This document shows, one piece after another, positions 25,105 to 38,844 of a DNA stretch of 64,000 nucleotides. How positions within the stretch are numbered: the stretch's first letter is position 1; each line of letters opens with the position of its first letter. The stretch is from the NCBI GenBank assembly GCA_011109175.1, contig RDEW01000028.1:339000-402999 (forward strand). Direction: 5' to 3'. The translations under genes and the position numbers were made by a program. Under the pieces are notes generated by a model that saw nothing but the letters and a program-made list of their open reading frames with translations, had not been told where the DNA came from and did no database searches. This DNA comes from Dicyema japonicum. Its lineage: Eukaryota; Animalia; Dicyemida.

Positions 25105-25435
25105 ATCAGGAGGACACACTTTATTTAAGCGAAGAAGGGTTATGCTAACTAATCGTAGAGAGTCTATTATAGGCTTCCACCTCCGAAGAGACGTGGAGAA
25201 ATCCAAACGTCGCAGACATCAGTTCATTCATAGATGGAAGAGATTTGATAGTTTTAATCTACACCAGTGGAGTTAGTCAGGGAAAAAGAAGAAAGATACT
25301 GTCAACAACTGTGGACTCGTCACCTGACGGGTGAGATCTGACTGCCGAACTGATCTTCGCTGAGAAGTTCATTTTTCAGATTCGAACCCACGTCAGTCAA
25401 ATCCAATGTGATTAGACGTTGCATTCAGCCAAGAA
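25105..25435 (-). mobile_element. SINE family B-related copy (tRNA-like head, GGTTCGAATC B-box) joined to a SINE-A tail fragment
   Basis: Core GATCTCACCCGTCAGGTGAC...CTTTTTCCCTGACTAACTCCACTGG is shared with 50620-50860; 25105-25150 matches the SINE-A body. Confidence 0.55.
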
Positions 25436-25559
25436 AACCAGTATGAGTACGATGATATGGTTTTTGCTACTAATTAAAAAATAAAATTATTCCAAAGACC
25501 AAGGGTAACCAAACTAACTAACTTCTTGGTCCTGACTCGTTCGAGCGTTCCAGAACATG

Positions 25560-25725
25560 TCTCCAAATAACGACATTGTTTCCCGGGTAAAGAATAGTTG
25601 GATCCTCTTGATGCCGTCCAGGTATTGGGCGTCTCTTCAGTAAGGTGGATCCATTGACGCCATCGGAAGGAATGAAAAAAATTTTTGACCAACTAGCCAC
25701 ATAACACCACATGGCGCCACATTGC
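25560..25725 (-). mobile_element. SINE family B 5' half
   Basis: GTGGCGCCATGTGGTG...TGGCGTCA..GATCCACCT...GACGCCCAATACCTGG, colinear with 30215-30360. Confidence 0.65.
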
Positions 25726-26899
25726 AAAGTTGATTTCCTAGATTCAAAATACTCAGTTGATAATATCACTTGCTTTTCTCTTAAAATTTTAACGTAAATT
25801 AAATATTACCAGAATTGAACACTAATTAAATTGACGAAATAGACAGGATATTGAGTTAAGACGCTATCTGAATTAAATGTTAACCCTTGCCTGACATGTG
25901 ACCATTTTAAAAAGCACGCCGCCAAGTTAGGCCGCTCCCGGAAAACTATTATTTCCACATCAAGTGCTGGTGGTTTAGGGTAAGGAAGAAATCCCAAACT
26001 TCTCTTACACATAGATACTGTAGGTGCGCGAGTTTCACTTTGATTGACTATCAGAGCAACGATTCTGAGAGGTGATCGATTCTGAGATGTGATCTCAGGA
26101 GGTCTGAGTCCAAGTATTTTGTTGTCTTCAAAATCACAAAATTTTTCAGTTGCAAAATACAAAGGGCCTTTGGCAGGAGATTTATAGGTGTTTTTCATTA
26201 GGACGTGAATGAAAGAATCGGAGATTTTTATTTATGTTTTTTCTCTGTGGGGTCGACTGGCTTTGACATTGGGAGAATATTTAAAAATAACAGAGTCGAA
26301 AATGGAGCTCTGCGAACAATTATTAAATGCAACACATCCACTCACCGTCCGACCACCTTTACAGGGAATCCATCATTCTCCCAGTGGAGTATCATCTTTT
26401 CATGAGGAAGCTCTAATTCTTAAACGAACCCACTGAACCAGATCACCCTTGCCACTTCCTGGCTCGCACGCAGAATAGAAGAAAGATAAATACGACCATA
26501 ACGAACCAGTTTAGTGAACTGGTTAAAATCCCTCAACCACCTAAGTCAAAGACAATACATGAGCACATCTCTACCAAGGCCATCCGAAGACTGATTTGGA
26601 AATATCTTCTGAATGGCCCTCCCATATTGGTGGATGACTCAGAGACTACCCTCGACAAAAAAACAAGGACGACCTCAGTAACTACGTTCTGTGTACTTCT
26701 TCCTTAGAGACGACTCGAGCTCTGGGCTTCCATCACCGGATCAACCATCAATTATACTACGAGAAGCTTTCTCCTGTCCGGGACCTCCGGTGATCATCGA
26801 AACTTGTGGAAGAGTCCAGCACTAGTTGATGGACGCCCTAGGAAGGCCAGTATCTTACAAGTAGTGAGGTAGGAAATACTAACTAGGTTATAGTGTGTT

Positions 26900-28000
26900 G
26901 CTGGGTCGATGATTGATTGTTTTCGATTTATTCACCGACGAGATCCTGAATTTCTTGGTTAATGCAAGGATCATAGTCCTGGGTGAATCTTTTTGTTGGC
27001 TGACAATAACTTTGTTAAAAAGGTTTATCCTGGTTTGTCTGGAGAGTGGAATTATCTATGGAGAAGTCTCTAAGATTAGTCTCAATTGCGGCCAGAGAAT
27101 CTGGTTTTTATGAGGTTACATTACAAATCTCCGTCTGACTGCGGCACGGAAGGAAAATAGGACAAAGTCAATACTGAACGTGTGGTGGTCTGAGGAAACT
27201 GCCATTCTAGTGAGTCGATGCTGTGAGGGAAGGGAACACAGTGATAAATCGCGGGACGTATTTGGATTCCCTGAACGTGTCAAATATTTCGTTGACAGTT
27301 ACGTTAGATTAGATTTTCAAATTCAAAGTTGTCTCCCCTTAGTCAGGAAACTAAATTGATAGCCAGAGAGGATCCTTTTGGTTGTGGTTGCTGCAGATGA
27401 TAAGGTTTTTTTGCCAATAACGTTTATGCCAAAAGGTTGAAGGGGGTGTACATATTTATGACGTGTAAGAAGTAGACTTTATTCTGATAGCAGCGAATGT
27501 GAGTTCTATGTTGATATCGGGGAAGGCTTGTACCACAATGGACTTAGTGGTGTCAGAGAAAGGAAAAGATCAATGGATGAAAGTAATTAGACAACTCCCA
27601 TGAGAATTATTTTCCCATTCAGAGCGGAGCACAGAGTATCCAGTTCATAGAAGCGAAAGTTACTTCCCAGGTCGACAGCCGCTGTCTGAATATCCTTAGG
27701 GTATCCTATTTACTTCCTATAGGATTGGTGAGTAGAGTTTTTTATTGCGTGTTGTGTAAGATTCAAGCACGCCGAGATGACATCGGAAAGAGGTAAACCA
27801 CAACTTAATATGAGAAGCATATTTTCTCAATCATTCAGATGCCGTCAGACATTGGTTAATTAGTCTTTACTCCATGGAGAATAACATGAACAATATTACC
27901 TATAATCCCACATGAGCAACCCAAGACACAATTTTGAATGAAGTCCAGGTCATCTAAGGTTTTTAACTTCTATTACCTAGTACAACTGATAGAGTTAATC
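26900..28000 (-). mobile_element. Decayed LINE APE endonuclease region
   Basis: Degenerate IILMG, PTH and SDH motifs in order; many stops. Confidence 0.4.
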
Positions 28001-28571
28001 AGGCATCGACTACTATCTTTGCTGGAAAAATCGTGTTCATTCTCAAGATATCTCCGAACGGTTTCCAGGAATATTTCTTGATTTAAAAACATGTATCTGC
28101 AGATTTTAAGGATGAAGCGATGAATATAATAATATAAAATTCTTAAATTTTAGTATAATTTAAGAAAACTCTTGACAAAAGTTTTTAACATTTAATGATT
28201 AGTAAATATTTATTTATTAGAACCACGGATCACCAAGAAAGAAAAACAGAATTTTTATTTACATGATCTGAGTCTAGAGATTCGAGTAGATACAATAATA
28301 TTTACGGACATGAAAGTACAAAGTAACAAACCGGACATAGTGCTGTTGAAGGATGCTGTTTATTTGAAAGCCTGAAAAATCAAATTGAGGAAAGGAAAAC
28401 CCAACCCATGGCAACCCAAGCTATTTACTACAAAGAGCCTAAAAGTGTGAGAGGGCCAGGATCAAAAAAGGCGAATTGAGACAGACTACATCAATTCCTT
28501 TTAGTTAATTGAATATTAATTTGAGTTTCCAACTGAAAAAAATAAATAAGAAAAAAGTAAAATCACACTAT

Positions 28572-30041
28572 TTATTCAATTATTAGGCGTTCAAGTCTAC
28601 TAACAACATTATTCACTCTCTTAAAAAGTCCAACACTCTTAGAATCATCTCCATCCAAAAGAGAAATCTCATCCTAATACATTAGACACTTCAAAACCGT
28701 CCTATAATCAACACGAACGTTAAATCCATAAATTCCAGTAACGAGTGAGATCATTTCATACATGTCAGCATCCACAAGCTCAAAAACCTCTTTAAAATCT
28801 CTAAACCTAACATGTTACAATCACTTTATCTTGACTCGCAAACAAATCGACAGAGTCCTCATTAGAATGTGCAAACACGAACATCTGTAGAACTCGTCGG
28901 CCAAATCGTGGACAAAATAATCAGCTTGAATAATCTACAAAAATGAAACAGAGCCCACCTTCCTACAATTTTGGAGATTTTCCGCCAAATTTTGAAGATC
29001 AAGGCCTCCCTTTATTTTATCCACAAAGCTGAGGATGCAATCCTCGTAGTTGGGAGCATATTTCTAAATCACAGAAATTCACAAACCTTCAACTCAGCGA
29101 GAATTTCAGTATTTTCGCTAGTGAAATGAAGACAAGTGGCCACAGCCAAATATCTGAGAAGATAAGGACAATTTGCAACAACAGCAAAGCCCAGATTAGA
29201 GTCTGTGTACATCTCAATTAGACGTAGAAGTCCTTCAGAACTTCTGCAGTAAACAAACAGGGCCCAATTATAAAACCAAATCTGGTCAGTCAAGCTCTTT
29301 GCTTGGCTCGATTTGACCTGATTATTAAAATTAAAGGGAACCTGCCCCAGGACTTCCTTCAATTCCATCAAATGAGTCTCTGCCTTGGAGAAATCCCTCA
29401 AAAGTATGGAACATGCCAGCTTCCCCCAAAACCCCTTAAGATAGCGAGTCATATCAACAAAGCACATCTAAACTCACCAAAACGAAAACCAAAGGATGAA
29501 TCAATTCGAGCTGTTGATATGATTCTTCATATTTTCCAATGTCGTACTTAAACTGAACCAAATCAAATGCAAAGCAGAGCAAACTGGGGAAATCAGCCTA
29601 AACAGTAAACCCAGTAAATACATCAAATTCTGATTTTAGTCGACTGTAAACCATATTAGAAACACTAAAATAAAAAAAATTGATTACGTAGTGCTCATTA
29701 TTTTGCTTTTATTTTTAGTGAGGGAAGCGAAAACTTGGGCTACGGACTTTTCTCCGTGATTAAGACCAGATATTATTTTTTCCCGTTTTTCTTGCAAAGC
29801 TAATAATAATGCCAGAGAATACCACGTGGGACTTCATTAGTGTCATTCACCTTAAGGAAGTAATCTATTTCATCGTCAATCCCGTGAGTCTCTGAGAGAA
29901 TCCGTAAAAGTGATAAATTTATATCAGAATCCTCATAAATCTACAATATTTTGCGTTAAATTGAACTTTTAAATCTGAGCAAAATCTTATCATGTTAATG
30001 ACAAGATGTTTGTCAATATTCTTGAAAATATTAAGATCCAT
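28572..30041 (-). CDS. EIF3E: Translation initiation factor 3 subunit E (Int-6)
   Basis: MDLNIFKNIDKHLV...ILSETH...VPRALQEKR...FKYDIGKY...GFWGKLACSIL...IWFYNWALFVY...CPYLLRYL...YEDCILSFV. At least 9 introns of 22-26 nt give a continuous frame to TAA. Confidence 0.88.
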
Positions 30042-30214
30042 ACACAAAACAACAAAATATCACGTTTTAAAGTTTAAAATTTTAACTTTAATTTTTAATA
30101 AATTAATAATTATCGAATTTTTATTTTTCTTTGAATTAACGAAAACAGAGAGATTGAGTATGTTTGGTTATTTAGGTATTTTCGCGATGGTCATTACAAG
30201 CCTGAATTTCGCCG

Positions 30215-30540
30215 CGTGGCGCCATGTGGTGCTGCGTGGTTAATTGGTTGAAGTTTTCTGCTTGCTTGTCTGTTCCTCCTCTCTCTTCCTATTAAAGTGG
30301 CGTCATCTGATCCACCTGGTTAGGTGGCGCCCAGTGCCTGGCTGGCAAGAAAAAGGATCATCTGCTTTCCCCCACTCCACTGGAAGGGTTTCCACAACTG
30401 CAAGTATGGACGTCTTTCACCCTTTATGCTGATTCCAGATGGACTCTGTTTCTGTGGAAGTGGTAACTAGATACACTTAATTAGTTGTTTACTTTAACTT
30501 CTTTCTCGGTGTATCCGGGGTTAATAAATAAATTAAATAA
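30215..30540 (+). mobile_element. SINE family B, apparently full-length
   Basis: GGCGCCATGTGGTG head; body about 80% like 56215-56420 (inverted); tail CTCGGTGTATCCGGGGTTAATAAATAAA shared with LINE X. Confidence 0.75.
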
Positions 30541-31169
30541 ATCACGTGATTAGTTAGTTTGTGTAACCGTGGTCTCTGGTGTTATTATTATTATACCTCC
30601 TTCCAAGGTAGCATAGTGGTTTGTAATGTTGCGCGAATCGCGATTAGGTAGGGGTTCTATTTCCATACCATACGCACCTGGTTGAAGAATTCCGTTATGC
30701 TCTGTGTTTTTTTAAATCCTATAGGTGTTTTCTACTTTTCTCAGGATACGCCAAATAAGGCATCATAAATCCAGAATTCCGAATATGAATGGATGTGATG
30801 CTTGGAAGGGCTGTGTTTTACTTCGATCGTGGGAAAGTTTATAAACTTTACTAAAAATCTTGATTTATTGCTAAAATTGGAAATTAATCTAATTCACCCT
30901 TTTTTCATTTGTCTTTCCTTCCATTCCTAGTAAAGATTTACATCAATTCCTTTTCATGGATCTCTTACAGAGATGGTTACATGAGATGCTTAGCTACGTA
31001 CGCCGAGAGACAGACTTTTGGGTTTTTACATTCACTTGCATGTGAATATTTATATCCACGTACATCTATTTCAAGTAATCCTTGTGAATTACGTTGAGAT
31101 ATCTCCTCACGTCATAGCGTTAAGAATAATGATTGAGAATATTACAAATATCATTGTATAAAGTTTGAA

Positions 31170-31640
31170 TAATTCCATAATATCGTAAACAGGAACGGCC
31201 CAAATAGTCTCCATCGGGTCTTGAAATAATGTATTTAGGTGCTCCGATTTGCAAGCAGTGGATAAGTCTTGGAGCTTGATCACCATCGGATAGTGTATTC
31301 CTAGTAGAGTCCTTAGTTGTTTTTTGTGAAAAGAATTTAAGCTATCAACACGTATCTGAGTTAGTCCCTACGTTCCCGAGTTGTAGAGCAGTATGGGTAA
31401 GACGAAAGAATTGTATAGTCGCACTTTTACTGGACGTGAGACATGTACGTATCTAAGCCATGTCGATTTTAGTCTCTTCAATGCTATTGGTGACAACGTC
31501 TTCCGGTCGCCTAGCAAGACCCGACTTTTTTCTGTTCTCCATATCTTATTGGTAAGTTTGTTTCCTCGTTTGATTGTAATAAATTCGATTTTTTGCTCGT
31601 TCTATTTCAGGAACCACTCTCCAAATACTCCAGGAATATG
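31170..31640 (-). mobile_element. RTE-clade LINE C-terminal fragment
   Basis: VKVRLYNSFVLPILLYNSGT.GLT...LNSFHKKQLRTLLGIHYP...WRLFG. Confidence 0.7.
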
Positions 31641-31934
31641 ATAGGAGAATCCTGATATTATTAATGTCCTCAGAAACAAAATTCACATCATATTAATTCT
31701 AAGATAGAGGTAAGACCAATTTTATACCTATACCTTTTAAGTATAAAGTGGAGTTAGCCCATAAAATTAATATTTTATATTACTAAAAATTAGAATTTTA
31801 ATCCAAAAGAACAATTTTCATAGATTCAAAAAAATTCAAAAAATTCAAAAATCGATATTGCAAGTAGCGCTCGCGACGTAATAAAGTTAATTTTTTAGGT
31901 TAAATTTTTTATTTTTAGGTTAAAAAAAATCGCA

Positions 31935-32075
31935 CTAGTCAATGAGTTTGAAAAAATGGGGAAACCATTCAAAGATGGTGAATACATAAAATCCTGTTTT
32001 CTAAAATTTTCACAACAACTATTCCAAAATTTTAGGAATAAAACAGAGATTTTAAATCAAATTAAAAATTTACTC
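31935..32075 (+). mobile_element. hAT (SPIN/Buster/GTF2IRD2-like) transposase fragment, interrupted by a CRE copy
   Basis: KPFKDGEYIKSCFLKFSQQLF...ILNQIKNL matches the KPFxDGExxK motif. Confidence 0.6.
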
Positions 32076-32880
32076 TTTTGGTTTAAGATATCCTACATTT
32101 TCCAACCTGACTTTCTTGGGAAAAAGTCTTCGACGAAGCTCGTCGCGAATAGTGTGAAACTGGTTTATATACGCCGAACGATCCTTTGAGGCAACGCGAC
32201 TGGGAGATCTACTCCAAGAAAATCTTCGACGTGCTAAAGTCTGAGGCCAACCAGCATCGTCTTGCATGCCTCGTATCTGCCGCCAGCCATGAGAGCGGAG
32301 CATGGCTGGATGCACTCCCGTGTTCCTCTCTGGGGACCCTTTTAGACTATAACTGCTAAGGATTGGGATCACACATCGCCTGGGAGTTGATGTATGCGTC
32401 GAACACCAATGTCGTTGTGGAGAATAATTAATTAAGGAGGGATCGTCGAGGCCAAAGGGATGCATCCGCTTTCGTGCGAAAGGAGTTAGGGCAAAGTGCT
32501 CTTGAAGCTGCAGGCTTCCCGGAAGTGCTTTAGCCCGTGGGATTGGACCGCGGATACGGGAAAAGACCGGATGGGTTAACAATCTGTCTGTTCTCTGACG
32601 GAAAATCGCTAGTATAGGACTTCACTTGTGTGGATTCTTTCTGAACTTGATGATGCTCAATTCGGCGCAGTCTGATGGATCGGCAGCCGATCTGGCCGAG
32701 AAAATCAAGATTAAAAAATATGGCGAAATTAGAGACCGTTTTCGTTTTGTACCGGTGGCAATCGAAACGTCTCTCTGGTGCTGCGGGGAGTATCACAGCC
32801 TCTTTCCTGAAGGAAATCAGGGGGAATTTGGCCCATCGTAAAAAAGACGTGCGCGAATGTCAGCATCTGCTTCTCCTATG
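32075..32880 (+). mobile_element. CRE-like retrotransposon 3' portion (knuckle plus REL)
   Basis: ESGAWLDALPCSSLGTLL...RIGITHRLG.DVC.EH.CRCG...RGYGKRPDG...DFTC...AADLAEKIKIKKY...RFVPVAIETS. Flanks are near-identical to 53370-53720. Confidence 0.8.
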
Positions 32881-32989
32881 TATGGTCAAAAAATTAAATT
32901 TATTAACATAGATACACCGAGAAAGAAGTTAAAGTAAATAGCAAGGACTTGCATAGTGGATTGTGGTTCAAATGAATTGTTTATATATG

Positions 32990-33480
32990 ATGGTTAGGGC
33001 TTCTTTGCTTTGACGAAGGAATAGCTTGACACAGCTTTTAGTATGTTGATCTTGCGAGAAGCCTTTATACATTGATCCCCCAATGTCTCGAGAAAGTTAG
33101 TAATTGGTCGTAAATGACTCCTAGTATTTTGGGATGTTCCGTAATGGGGAATGTTTGTATATGAATTGTTAAAATTGGTTGAAAATTTAGTTGGCAGTGT
33201 TGGACGTGAATACAGTGACGGTGAATTTCGATAGAGAAAGAGATAGGTAGTTTGCTCCAAGCCACTCTTCAAGAGTGTTCAAGTGGTTCTGAACATCCTT
33301 CGTTGCTTCGTTAACTTCTTTGTCTTTAGAGGCGATAATCAGTTCATCCGCATATGATAGGAGAAGTGCCTTGGAATTATTTGGAATGTTTGCTCAGATG
33401 CAAATTGAATAAAATAGGAGACAAAGCGGAGCCTTGGGGAACTTTGATGAAACTAAGGTCATTCAATATTTCTATAACAA
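32990..33480 (-). mobile_element. I/Jockey/Nimb-like LINE RT fragment
   Basis: PQGSALSPILFN...SYADE...PKILGVIYDQLLTF...INILKAVS. A SINE-B tail fragment lies at 32910-32940. Confidence 0.7.
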
Positions 33481-33971
33481 ACTATGTTATAGATAATTGA
33501 ATATTCATTAGAAACGACAAGGAAGAGTTTGATTGTGCAATGACGTTCAAGCGGTTAAATCTTAAGTCATGTTAGTCACAAATTACAGATATCCAATTAT
33601 CTACTTTTGAAAACCTATGCAATGGGGAATTCGTGGAATTAATTATGGTTTACTTAAGAATAATGAATTAAGTTATTTTTCAATAGTCACTACTCCATGA
33701 AGATGTCTTTTACTCGCATACAGTAAGCAAAAATACATTTTGTAATTTCTATAAAAGCTATAAAATTGTGGTAAACTAAAAAAAGTCAAATCTGCATTTA
33801 ATAACATTTTTTATTATTAAAATGTAAATAAAATAAACTCAAAATAAATTAATCTGTAATAATTGTTGAATTTTATTAAATTTGTTTTTATTTTTAATTA
33901 TATATTTTATCGAGGAGTAACTAATTTTAAAATAGAATTGAATTAATTTTTAACAATTCGTGATCTTTTAG

Positions 33972-34680
33972 ATGTACAAATTAGTAATCTTAATTACTCT
34001 GTTCAACATATCTACGTTGCCAGACAATTGTGAAGATCATGAAAGTGGTTCATACGTGTATTAATAGTTTCATTTATTTTATAGATTTTGGGAAGAATGC
34101 AATTTTAATAGATTTACTTTAGAATCAACAATTAAAGTTCAACTTGGTCTAGAAATTCTTAAACTTGAAGTTAATAACATCATAATTGACGTTGGTGTTA
34201 ATTTTTCATTTTATGGAATTAATTTAAAACATTTGTTTCCGAAAGTAATAATTTATAGTACATGCGAAGATGATCATAGCATCACACATATACACCCAAA
34301 AACATTCTCTCCCACCATTAAATTTATGTTTAATATAGTTTTGATTAATAGAGATTTCTCAAACTGTTTCTCGCTGACATACATTTCGAACAAATTTGCG
34401 GAAGAATTTAATTCTCTTGTTTTCATGTATGTTTATTAGAATCTATTTACAGCAATTTTCCTATCAACTCAGTTATACAATATTTTGTGACAAATTCAGA
34501 ATCTTTTCGTGTACACAAGTATTTTCAATATAATATTAGAATATCCCTATTATGTGTGAATGCTCATGAAGTCAGCCCAACTGCGTAAAATATTATACTC
34601 AATTTAGATTCGAACCTACTGGTAATAATGGAGACTATCTTGAAATGAAACAAGATAAAAAAATGTATTTTTTATTAATA
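33972..34680 (+). CDS. Possible spliced orphan secreted protein
   Basis: MYKLVILITLFNISTLPDNCEDHESGSY, a 27-nt intron, then FWEECNFNRFTLEST... with further intron-like GT..AG blocks. No recognised homology. Confidence 0.25.
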
Positions 34681-35269
34681 ATATATTTAGAAAAAAAATT
34701 AAGAAAGCGAATCGAATAAGTATTTGTTAATGAAATTTTAGGGTGCAGCAAAATAAGAGATAGGGAAAATATCCTTGGACATTGTTCCAATAATTAGTAC
34801 ACTAACTAATATTCGGACAATCAGTATTTTAAGGAAAATTAATTATTATTAAACACAATTTGTTACGCATAGTCACTACAAAGAGTGTATAGCAAATGTC
34901 AGTCTTACATTATTTTATTTTCAATGTCTATATTCCGTGTCCATTCAAAATGGCCTCTTTCAAAACGGACTCTATTCAAAATAGCCTCTAATTAATTTTT
35001 TCAGGTTTTGGATAAGTTCATCAATAAACACCATGAGATTTTAGCGAAACGACATCTTTACGTAAAAAAGTCATTTTTTTTAAATCTTATAAAAATTGAT
35101 AAAAAAAGTCATCTTTTTAAATCTGATAAAAATTGATTTTAATGGGTTTTAATGGGTAAGTGGACATTTTACCTAGGTCCTCCAAACACTATGATTTTAA
35201 GATATAAGTGACTTCGGAATAAAAATTAATTATATTTATCAAATCTAAATTTAATGAGTTATTATCTCT

Positions 35270-36710
35270 TTAATATGTTGCGTCCCGTGGTGATGACGCG
35301 TCCCACACTGGCGTTACCGCTTAAAACATTTGGGCTTGGACATCAATGTTAACAAATCAGAGCTAATGTCTCATTCATACACCGACTTCCTCTCTATCAA
35401 GGAGTCTTTTAACGAACTGCTTCCTGGGATCCCGACTGTGCCAGTTGATAAATTATATTTCCTCGGATGCCCACTCAGCGAAGAAGAACTCAAGAACCAT
35501 CTACTTTCCAAAAATGAAGAATTAACACGCCTTGCGAAAAAATTGTCATGTCTCGACTCTCACACATCTTTCTTCCTGATGAGAAACAACATCGGACTAC
35601 CCAAGCTTTTATATCTACTCCGATGTTCACCCTGCTACGAACAATATGACATCCTACTTTCAATAGACAAGTCTCTCAAGCAAACTGTTGAGTCACTAAT
35701 TAACGTCCGCTTCGACGAACTTGGTTGGAAACAATGTAAGCTTCCCTCTGGATTTGGGGTTGTCTGAATAAGATCGGCGCTGGAGGTTTCGTTCCCGGCA
35801 TATCGATCGTCTCTCTCAAGCTGCAGCCATTTGACACGACAAGTCCTTCATAACACTATTGGACTTCGCTGGAATGAGTCATTTGACGAAGCTTGTCGGA
35901 AACGGAACGGGTCCGGACACAAAATCCCCGAAGACACAACGAAGCAAATTAATTGGGATGACATTGTCTGCTCCAAAATTTTGGAAGACTTTAAAAAAGA
36001 AGCAAATCAACATCGTCTGGCTTGTTTGGTGTCAGCTTCAAGTAGAGGGAGTGGAGCATGGCTTGGTGCAATACCTTGCCCAAATTTCGGGACCTTTTTG
36101 GACGACGATTCTTTGAGGATTGGAATCGGACAAAGGCTGGGACTAGACGTTTGCCAGGAGCACCGATGCCGATGCGGGAAAACAGTCGATGCGAAAGGAT
36201 TGCACCCGCTGTCCTGCAAGGACCACGTCATGCTGCTCTGAATGATGTGATTGTCAGAGCTCTGAAGGCTTCAGGATTCCCAGCACAGCTTGAACAAGTG
36301 GGTCTTGATCGAGGAGATGGGAAAAGACCTGACGTGATGACCCTTTTCCCCTTCGCGTCTGGAATATCTTTGGTCTAGGACGCAACTTGCATAGACACGT
36401 TCTCAAGCACGAACATTTTTAAATCGGTTCAGACACCTGGAGCAGCTGCTTCGATTGCGGAAAACCTAAAAATCAAGAAATATTCTTGCCTCGGGGATCG
36501 CTACCGATTTACTCCTGTTGCGACCGAATCATCGGGAGCCGTTGGTTCAATGACGGCTGAATTCTTGCAAGAACTCGAAGGATTGCTTGCCAGAAAGAAA
36601 AGGGATCAACGAGAAGGGTTATGGCTAAGACAAAAGATTGGAATAGCCATACTCCGAGGGAACTCGTTCGCAATCCATGCAGCAGGCTTCCTCAACTGAC
36701 ATTTGTTTAA
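35270..36710 (+). mobile_element. CRE-like RT-REL retrotransposon, 5'-truncated, moderately decayed
   Basis: GLDINVNKSE...FLGCPL...GLPKLLYLLRCSP...LPSGFG; [10 protein letters not shown]...CRCG....[19 protein letters not shown]...GDGKRPD...WDATC.DT...KIKKY...ESSGAVG...KIGIAILRGNS; A-rich tail. Confidence 0.88.
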
Positions 36711-36899
36711 TTGTTAAAAAAATAAATAAAAAAAACATCAAAAACTGAATATGAATATGACACAATGTTCAAATAATTAAACGTCTCAGTCTCATTTTGA
36801 AAAAGGAGCAATAAACTCTTTTCAAAAGTCATTTCCAAACGCACGGATAAATTGCTGCATGTTCCATCTAGGACAAAATATTAACCAAAAAATATTGGA

Positions 36900-37250
36900 A
36901 TTTGGAATTTTCAATGACATAAATAATGAAGATATAAATAGGTTAAATGTGATTTAAAATTAACGACATATTTGTAAAACTGTCGAAATGCTTCTCCTTT
37001 ATTCCTATACATACTGTAAAGAACACTTTTGATTAGATAGTGTCGAGATCAGATTTTCCTGCGATTCTAAATCCATTATATCAATATTTTTCGATCAATT
37101 ATATCGGAAATCAAGAAAATGGATTTATTCCAAGATTTCTAATTAATTATTAAAATAGTCTGGATAATTTATATGAGGAATTACCAAGGACAAATAACTC
37201 CATTGAAGGCTGGCACAACGTCTTAAGAAGTACATTTGGACACTAACGTC
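36900..37250 (+). mobile_element. MULE (Mutator-like) transposase C-terminal remnant
   Basis: LPRTNNSIEGWHN motif. Confidence 0.65.
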
Positions 37251-37394
37251 TTAAGAAGTCCTTTTTAGCGGTTAATCAATGCCATCTCCATCTCAGAGAC
37301 GCTTTTCAAATCCATAGGAGTAATTCATTTATATAGAATCAGTAAATAAGCGTACATGGTTAGTTTATTTATGTATATATAACGATACATCTTT

Positions 37395-38600
37395 GAGGAT
37401 GTTATGTTATGTTGTTCAATAAAGTCGTGTCCAACCTTTGGAGATCTCATGAACGAGTTTCCTCCACTCTCCCCGATCCGTTGCAATTTGGAGTAGCCTT
37501 GATATAGGCATACTTGTGACGTCTTCCACAGTGGATAGCCACCGAGTCTTCGGTCGGCCAGGTCTTCTCTTCCCAGTAATATTGCTTAGCATAATAGTTC
37601 TTTCCAGTGAATCAGAGCGGACAACATGCCCAAAGAACGCTAATCTGTGTTTTACGATTCTTTCTTCTAGCGAAATGTCCGTCTCTACACGTTTGAGTAC
37701 ATCGATGTTTGTTATTTTGGAAGTCCAACGGATTCTTAGTAACCTCCTCAGCACCACAGCTCAAAAGCATCAATTTTTCGTCTATCCGCCTTTTTCAGTA
37801 TCCATGATTCTGCGCCGTATAGAAAAACCGGGAACACGATTGCATTAACCAGTCTGCATTTGGTCCTTAAGCAAATATATTTGCTTTTCCAAATTCAATT
37901 CATTCTCTGGAAGGTGTCAATTCGCCTTTTGATTTCCAAGCCTCCGTCACCATTCCGATTAATTTGACATCCCAGAAAAACAACATTATCGCAACTCTAT
38001 TTTCTCATTCCCAAGTTTTAGTTCCATTATTCCATTATTAGCAGTAGTCATAATTTTGGTTTTCTTGATATTTAGCAATAAACCAAAGACGGCGCTCTCT
38101 TCTCTGAATCTTAGAATCAACTTTCTGAGGCCATCTTCTGTTTCAGCCAGTAAGGTTGTATCGTCAGCATAGCGCAAATTATTGATGTTCCGCCTCCAAT
38201 TTTAATCCCATTATTTGATACAGTTTCCAATTTAGTCATGATCATTTTGGCATAAATATTGAATAGGATGGGAGATAATAAGCATCCTTGTCTTACTCCT
38301 TTACCAATTTTGAACCAATCGGTATCTCCATACACTGTTCTAACAGTAGTTTTTTGATTCTTATAAAGAGATTTGATAGCAATATCAGATGGGCATCGAA
38401 TCCAAATTCTTTTAAAGCGAACCACAGCTTTTCATGTATAACAGAATCAAAAGCTTTCCGATAGTCAATGAAGCACATGTATACACTCTTTTGGGATTCA
38501 TAAGCTTTCTCCATAATCCACCGGACATTTACTATATGGTCATGTGTGCCTCGTCCCTTCCTGAATCCTGCTTGGACATTCGGTAGAATCATTTCGGCAG
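37395..38600 (-). mobile_element. RTE/BovB-like LINE, 5'-truncated RT
   Basis: QAGFRKGRGT.DHI...CFIDYRKAFDSV...GVRQGCLLSPILFNIY...RYADD...KKTKIM...RRLLRI.W...FGHVVR...GKRRPGRP..RW; (ACATA)n tail. Confidence 0.92.
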
Positions 38601-38844
38601 AATCATGTCCACAGAAAAATATTCATATATCATTTTTACTACCGACCGGAGACAAATAGATACGTTAAAAATTGGCCTTTATGAAGATATTATTCCCATA
38701 CAGAGACATCCAAGAATACTGAGAGTGACCTTGAACCCTTGGTTCTCTTTTTCCCAACATGTGAAGGACGTTCTGTCGATCATTAAATCATTTCTAAATT
38801 CCAGGAACCAACAGTCACAAGAATGCACTGTAAAAGAAGACGAG

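Noticed and set aside
25806-26198. 130-aa minus-strand ORF
   Set aside because: No recognisable domain, flanked by SINE/LINE debris; evidence is insufficient.
32070-32796. Minus-strand ORFs of 170 and 88 aa, and similar shadows at 36007, 42471, 49535, 55498 and 63486
   Set aside because: These are antisense shadows of CRE elements or host genes on the other strand.
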